This document shows positions 57,728 through 64,000 of a stretch of 64,000 bases of DNA, in pieces. The notes beneath the pieces are model-generated. The model made no database searches. It saw only the letters and a list, made by a program, of their open reading frames with translations, and was not told the origin of the DNA. Position 1 is the stretch's first letter. Each line of letters begins with the position of its first letter. The stretch is from NCBI GenBank assembly GCA_964016885.1, contig OZ024742.1:354764001-354828000 (forward strand), in the 5' to 3' direction. Made by a program: the position numbers and the translations under genes. The DNA comes from Eledone cirrhosa. Its lineage: Eukaryota.

Positions 57728-59059
57728 GTGAATATTTCATTTTAAGTTTTAAACTCAATATTGAATATAAACACACTCGTTCTACCATTCTACCTGCACG
57801 AACGTTCTGCATAGCTGTTTTCAAGAAATTTATTCGTGCATAAATGTAATAAAATTGAACGATCATCACAATTTTTTCATAACATTGGCTATATAGGTTA
57901 TGCGAAGTAGCGACAATCGGGAATAAAAAGATGAATAAAGAACAGGAAGGAAGTTTATTCAATACATTCTCCCGACTGCCACTCCAATGTTTAGGAACAA
58001 AGCTGAAGGCAATAAAGCGGATACCAAGATAACATTTCATGTGGGATCAAATGTGTGCTATATTGAATATGATTAATGCAATAAATATTGATCGATTTAA
58101 TCAACTGTACCACTTTGCTCTAAAGCTGTCCTTGCGTCAATATTATCTATCTATTAAGGTGATTGAATTTTCCATTGATTGCAGGTAAGTCCTAACAACG
58201 CAGAAGGTTAGCTGCAATACAATCAGCCACAAGCAAACAATTAGTGGCTTGATAATCACAAACAAAAGCAAACTAGAAAAAAACCTTCTTGAGACACATC
58301 CCTTGAAACCCGAAGATAATTGGCAGTAGTTCGATAACAATGAAGCATATACCCACCAGGAAAACAGAATGAAGAGACATTCATGGGACGCATGTTCTGG
58401 GAATGAAACTACTAATTTAGAAAATATTTAGAGAAGAGGGATCAAGTACAGTAAAGCACGGGGAGGAATCAGTGACAAAATTCATAAGGATAACATAAAT
58501 ATACGTATTTATATGATATAGATAACATTCCTAGCCATGAGAGGGGTTGCCATTTAATCGTTAGAAAAGGAACAATTATGTTGTAGACATGCTTTGGGAT
58601 TCAATCAAAGAGAAACAAATATCGCCAGCACATGCGCGAGCTCAGAAGTGACAACAGTATTTCATAAAATGGCGAACATGTTGCTTATCAAAATAAATAA
58701 TAATCTAGGACGGATAGCGATAGTTTTGAAATTATACCTTCATTGACGCAGATTTAGCCATATATTTAGTATAATTCTTTCAGAAAAATAAATACATGAA
58801 TACTCACAAAGATTATTCGGAATATAAATAAGTAAGAAATCAGTATAACACTATATATATCCATGGATTTAGTTTATTTGCATAGTTGAACATGTCCAGC
58901 CTCTGACATCCAAGGAAAGAGTAAACATCTGTATAAGAGTTGAGACAAAAAAAAAAGAAAAACAAAAGTTCATAATAGCCGATTTTCTAACGAATATCGT
59001 GGATATTATCAGGGCAAGAGACCCTATGTGTGTCGGAGCAACAGGTTATCTTCGCTATT

Positions 59060-59537
59060 TAAATAGAAGTAGTAATCAACCAGATAAAAGAAATTGAGAA
59101 ATGAAATCTGGAAGAACAGATCATCTCAGCGAGTATTACCGCCACATCTTCAGAAGTCAGTAAGTTATAGCTATTTAAGTGAAGAAGAATACTAAATTTA
59201 TCATTATTCAATAAACTAATATAGATTTTTTGAAATTCCTGAGAGACAAGAATCATAAACGTTCCAGATAGCAAGATTTCAGAAGAATGATTGGTATTGA
59301 TGCATGCCGTTATCTTGTGCAATATATAACGGAATATTTCAGTTTTCAATATTTAGTGTTATGAACATACGGAATTTTGTGGTTAGGTAATTTACAAAAT
59401 ATTCATGAATTTAGTAGTTTCGTGGATAAGGAATGAATATAAGAGTAGTAGTGTTCACAGAAAAGAAATAAATTCACCTGGGCTACATGGTGGCCATGTT
59501 TCTCTCTCCCTCTCCCTCCCCCCTCGCTATATCCCCC

Positions 59538-59572
<35 letters not shown>

Positions 59573-60460
59573 ATACTATGACTTTTCATGAAATTATGTT
59601 AGGCATGATGATTTCTCATATATATATAAGAGGATAATATATATATGATTCGATGAAGCGGATTATGTAGTCAGATACAAGATAAAATGAGTCGATAGCT
59701 GGAGGGAAATAGTGTACAAATATATGAGATAGAGAATGAGTGGTAGTTATGGAGTGAATACAACTTTCTACATAGTTTCTAGATACATGGCGTCAGTTAA
59801 ATGAAATAAGCACCTATTTAAATATATCTTCATAACAAGGAATATAAACATATTTCCCCATTCCAACATAAAATATTTCGTCTCTAGATATTGATATAAG
59901 TACAGCTAAATATTGTAACAACCACCGCTTTAAGTGTTTACACAAACTGAGAAGGTATTTTCCTTTAAAAAAATTTCCTATGTGCAAAATATCATTACGA
60001 ATTGCTATCATCTTATATCATAGAAATATTTGCTATAACGATTCTTCTGTCACAGCAATTTCAGATTTAAACCAACCTCGAAATCACATCATCAGTGGAC
60101 ATAAGTTTCCTAGTTATTCACATTACAGTTCTTTGCTTGTTTACAGCCGACAATGACCTTTAGCTCTTACAGAGAAATTCGCATTAATATTATCCAACAA
60201 AATCTGCTTAATAGTAGTCGCTGTCAATACTTATTTCCATCCAATCCACTCTGGTGTCTGGAGAGAATCATTTTCTGCAGCAAGGAATGCATGCATCAAA
60301 GCAGCAGTCATTTATATTACCACGTATGAGCAAACAGTGTTGTATTCTAGGCCCAATATCACTTATTTCCTCAAATAATTTCATTGTGATGGAAACAACA
60401 TTGTGGAGAATACAATGAATAATAACGAGGGGTTGTGTTTTTGATATAATAGATGTCTTC
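59060..60460 (-). mobile_element. Probable highly decayed hAT (Charlie/ZBED5-like) transposase fossil, interrupted by simple repeats
   Basis: Minus-strand fragments in the expected order: VIIHCILH (CxxH motif), DTRVDW (weakly like HTEVRW), LNLKLL* (like LNLxLQG), and TFMILVSQEFQKI (weakly like FW…EFP of the dimerisation domain). Many stops and frameshifts; no TIRs seen. Confidence 0.35.
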
Positions 60461-60569
60461 TGAAAGAAATGCAATAAAAATAAGAAGTATATTATATTTG
60501 TTTGCCTGGTTACAAATCGTATTCCTTTGGTCTTTTCAACCTGTAGATTTGGAGAAATATATTCTAAGT

Positions 60570-60864
<295 letters not shown>

Positions 60865-61225
60865 TCACATTACACTTTTATTTTCTCTCACATACCTACA
60901 ATAACTCCATGTAAATCGCTCCCACACTTTCTTTTCTTACTCACTCAATATCTGATACCTTATACAATCTATATAGAAAACATATAAAATATGTTGAATG
61001 AAATCAATGTAGATATATTTATGAATTATTTCTCCTGCTAATATTAATATATATCAGAACATTTTTTTTTTTTTTTAATGAGAGGTCTCACACAGACAAA
61101 ACAAAACAGAAACACAAACCCTACATCTCTATATAACCTTTGAGAATCTTAAGCACTGGAACAGGTGAATATTTATATCGTTAAAGTACTCCAGTTGAAT
61201 TTTTGTTATGTGTACATATGAGTAT

Positions 61226-61460
61226 TTCGAATATTAATAATAATTCTTCGATTCGTTTGCAATTATGCAAACATCCCCTTTTATAAGCCACATCAGAAGA
61301 CGGAGCCCCTCATCCTCGCTCTTCACATGCAAACAGAACTGCAGACAAAAATGTTTCTGGGTGATTACCCTTCATCAGTGTTGTTTACTGATTACCTGCT
61401 AACTGTCAGAGGGTGTTTGCATGATTTCAAACGAATCAAATATTATTATTAATATTCGAA
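61226..61460 (-). mobile_element. HHR-containing element enclosed by ~50-bp inverted repeats
   Basis: 61226-61277 (TTCGAATATTAATAATAAT…GATTCGTTTGCAATTATGCAAACATCCC) is an imperfect reverse complement of 61411-61460. An HHR lies between them. Confidence 0.65.
61329..61388 (-). ncRNA. Type I hammerhead ribozyme
   Basis: Minus strand: GTAAACA-A-CA-CTGATGA-A-GGGT(AATC)ACCC-A-GAAA-CA(TTTT)T-GTC-TG-CAGTTC-TGTTTGC. Core is intact, with a 4-bp stem II, 3-bp stem III, GUC site, and stem I of 2 bp + internal loop + 7 bp. Confidence 0.7.
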
Positions 61461-61511
61461 AGACTTAGATTACATTTATTGTATTCAGCCATGTAGAGCG
61501 ATAACTAATTG

Positions 61512-61512
<1 letters not shown>

Positions 61513-61602
<90 letters not shown>
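61513..61602. repeat. (TA)n microsatellite
   Basis: Direct reading. Confidence 0.97.
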
Positions 61603-61605
<3 letters not shown>

Positions 61606-62137
61606 CAGGTGAATATGTAAATCGTATCTTAATTCATTTAAAAGATTGTTTAATGTTTACTTGTTCCGCTCATTTTTCATAATTCTGGTATCTCAAATTA
61701 GTACCATTGAATAACCACTGTTATAGACACCATATATATTTCCGTGGGTACTTAGTACCGACTGGAATATTTATATCAGTTATTTGTATTCTCCTCCTAT
61801 GTAGAGAACAAAATGTTGTATCGTGCTGCTATTGCTAGTAACATGAAATGTCAACAAGTCTATATACCCGCTTTTTCCTAACTGCCTATTTATGTGTAGG
61901 TCACTTTAACGGCCTGACCTCATACATTGGGCAGAAAGCAATATGTTTACTACTACAAGGCTCTGTGCCATGTGGTTGGAAATAGCTGTCTGAAGAGCTG
62001 ATTCTTTCCATTGGAAACTCTCTGAATTTCCATTCTTTTGGTTAGTGAAACCGTCGGTCACAACACTAGAACAGGTGAATATTTATATCGTATTTTAATT
62101 TATTTAAAATATTGTTTAATGTTTACTTGTTTCGCTC

Positions 62138-62141
<4 letters not shown>
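61602..62141 (+). mobile_element. Non-coding HHR element (466-bp unit + 74-bp terminal redundancy) inserted in (TA)n
   Basis: AGAACAGGTGAATAT…CGCTCATTT occurs at 61602-61675 and 62068-62141 (~6 mismatches). (TA)n lies on both sides, and an HHR sits just before the second copy. Confidence 0.75.
61985..62064 (+). ncRNA. Type I hammerhead ribozyme with long stem/loop II
   Basis: GCTGT-CTGAAGA-GCTGATT…GGTTAGT-GAAA-CC(GTC)G-GTC-ACAAC. Core is intact; stem II has 7 bp (G-U rich), stem III is ACC/GGT, GUC at 62057-62059, stem I is TGT/ACA. Confidence 0.7.

Positions 62142-62191
<50 letters not shown>
62141..62191. repeat. (TA)n microsatellite
   Basis: Direct reading. Confidence 0.97.
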
Positions 62192-62193
<2 letters not shown>

Positions 62194-63265
62194 TCTTCCT
62201 GTCTGCCTTCGGTTGCAAAGATTTTCGAAATATTTACTTCTGCGTTCAAGATGAAGCTGGAAATACCACGGGAGATATGTTTAAGGGTTTTTTTGTTCTT
62301 TTTTGATACGTCAAAGTAACATTATCGAAAAGATTGTGTTATTAAAAATATAATGTTATAAAAAAAAAAGAGAGGGACAATTCTCTTTTGAACATTTGTT
62401 TATGGAGTATATAAAGTGTATGAGAAAATAACCGGTTTCGATGTATTAAGATCCATATTGTCAAATTCAGTGACAAAAGTTAATTAAAATGGGAGTACAA
62501 AAAGGTTTAAAATTAAAATAAAAAACGAATGTTTGAGTAAAATGTGTTCGATAATGCCTTCTGAAAAGTTGGCAGGGAATGATGCAAAGTTGTTTTGTTG
62601 GCGTGATAAATGGGCTGTGACTGTTTTGTTTAATCTAGACGTCAATAGTTCAAAAGGGGGTAGGGGGTTGTGTACATAGCCCCCCCCCCCCCCCCACACA
62701 CACACACATACATGTGTAGAGAGAGTGTGAGGCTGCATATACAAGAGTACACACGTGTATGCATAAATATGTATGCGTATATATGTGTAGGATTGTGTGT
62801 GTTTTTACACTTTGTCTGTTCAGAAAATTGGCAAAAGTTAGCAGCTGAAATCCAAAGGATTCCCAGAATCCAAATAAATTAAAATTAAATAAGTCAAGAG
62901 AGTTAAGACAATTCTTTAAAAAAACTTCAAAACATACCTTTCAAACGGAACCTTAAAATCATTCTCTCTACAAAAAAATAATTCTTAAAGAGAAATTTTC
63001 AAAAGATCCTAAAAGTTCTTTCCAAAATCGAGACACAGTGCATGCATATATATAAATGAATGAGTAAATAGATAAATACATACACGCAGAGAGAATTAAG
63101 TAAACATTTTTTCTACAAAATACCGAATATTGTCAAAAGTTAAAGGCTAAGCACCAAAGGGTCCTCAGGATCCAAAAGTGTAAACATTAGAAACAAATTC
63201 ACTGCGCGTGTGTGGGTGAAGAAACAAATGAGGGTGATTACATATTTGGTTTTGGTTTAAATTTA

Positions 63266-64000
63266 TTAATACATAGATTTTCCTTTATCTATTATTTGTT
63301 GTTGAGTGAAAGAATCGGAGAACTTGTAATGGGGAAGAATTTTAAAGTTGGGGAGAGTCATTCCTGCACAATCTGCAATGTGGCTGCTTAAGGGGATTTT
63401 CCCGGAGATTATGTCTCGAATCGAATTTGTTGGCGATGGATTTTCATTATTTTGCGTAATGACACACGTATGTCCTATATTGTTATGTTGACAACCACCA
63501 CATGTGATTACATAGATTAGGTTCTCCGAGTTGCAAGTGAAGTTGTTTTTCACTGTGAAAGTTTGGCCATCTTTGAACATGAATGTTTGCCCTTCAATTA
63601 AGTATAGGTATGTTCGACAGTTCGTTCTTCCGCATTTTGATACCATGAGGTTGGAGATAGGTTTGTGTGTCTTTGTTCATGTGAGCATGTGTTTTAGTGT
63701 TGTTGGTTGCCTTTTGTTTTTGATGATTTTGTGTGTTTCTAGAATGTTTTTTCATTTTCTCATATTTTAATAGAATGGGGAAGTGTTTGTGTAGGAGGTC
63801 GAATATTTCGTCGGTTTTGGGGTTGAATGTGGATACATATGGTAAGGTATTGTTTGTGGTGCTGTGTTTTGGGTTGTTGGGTTGATGAACATTGGCGTGT
63901 TTGGCTTTATCTATACCGTTATTAATTATGTTAAGTGGGAAGGCTCTTAAGATCAGTGTGATTTGAGTTCATTTAGTCTTTGTTCCCGTTTAGCTGGGTC
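63266..64000 (-). pseudogene. Decayed Neptune-like Penelope element: RT thumb/linker and GIY-YIG endonuclease (continues beyond the window)
   Basis: LPYVSTFNP…IIKNKRQPTTLKHMLT, then VSKCGRTNCRTY…FTCNSENLIYVITCGGCQHNNIGHT (YIG decayed to NIG)…LSSHIADC. Stops and frameshifts are present. Confidence 0.8.

Noticed and set aside
58330-58700. Possible old PLE N-terminal remnant (RGIKYSK, like KGPKYRE)
   Set aside because: Similarity is too short and interrupted to support a call.
60268-60474. Host exon on the minus strand (TTTCTTTCAG acceptor-like site at ~60460)
   Set aside because: The frame closes quickly, no partner exons are recognisable, and a transposase fossil explains it better.
63004-63175. 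HHR in the 3'UTR of the Neptune-like element (minus-strand CTGAGGA at ~63163-63169)
   Set aside because: No convincing stem II/GAAA/stem I arrangement was found.

Overview
AT-rich, microsatellite-dense eukaryotic DNA, probably an animal; a cephalopod-like mollusc is suggested by the SINE and (TA)n/(CA)n landscape, but that is inference only. No intact host gene is visible. About 70% of the window (12596-57580) is one tandem array of roughly 1,020 copies of a 44-bp monomer with higher-order repeat structure. The monomer includes the last codons and stop (CCT TCG TCT TAA) of a decayed CRE-like non-LTR retrotransposon (RT plus restriction-like endonuclease, 10713-12607), so the satellite appears to have grown out of that element's ORF-end/3'UTR. 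The flanks hold Penelope-like elements (PLEs; RT + GIY-YIG at 7744-9195 and 63266-64000) and several unrelated non-coding elements carrying hammerhead ribozyme (HHR) motifs, most bounded by (TA)n tracts. These include a 3.7 x 310-bp retrozyme-like array with one well-formed type I HHR per unit (256-1410), a fold-back palindrome made of half an HHR (1483-1601), a pLTR with an inverted end (1631-2052), and two HHR elements at 61.2-62.1 kb. Also present: tandem tRNA-derived SINEs, RTE-like LINE 3' ends with a (GAA)n tail, and a probable hAT transposase fossil. All calls are from manual reading; no searches or folding programs were run.
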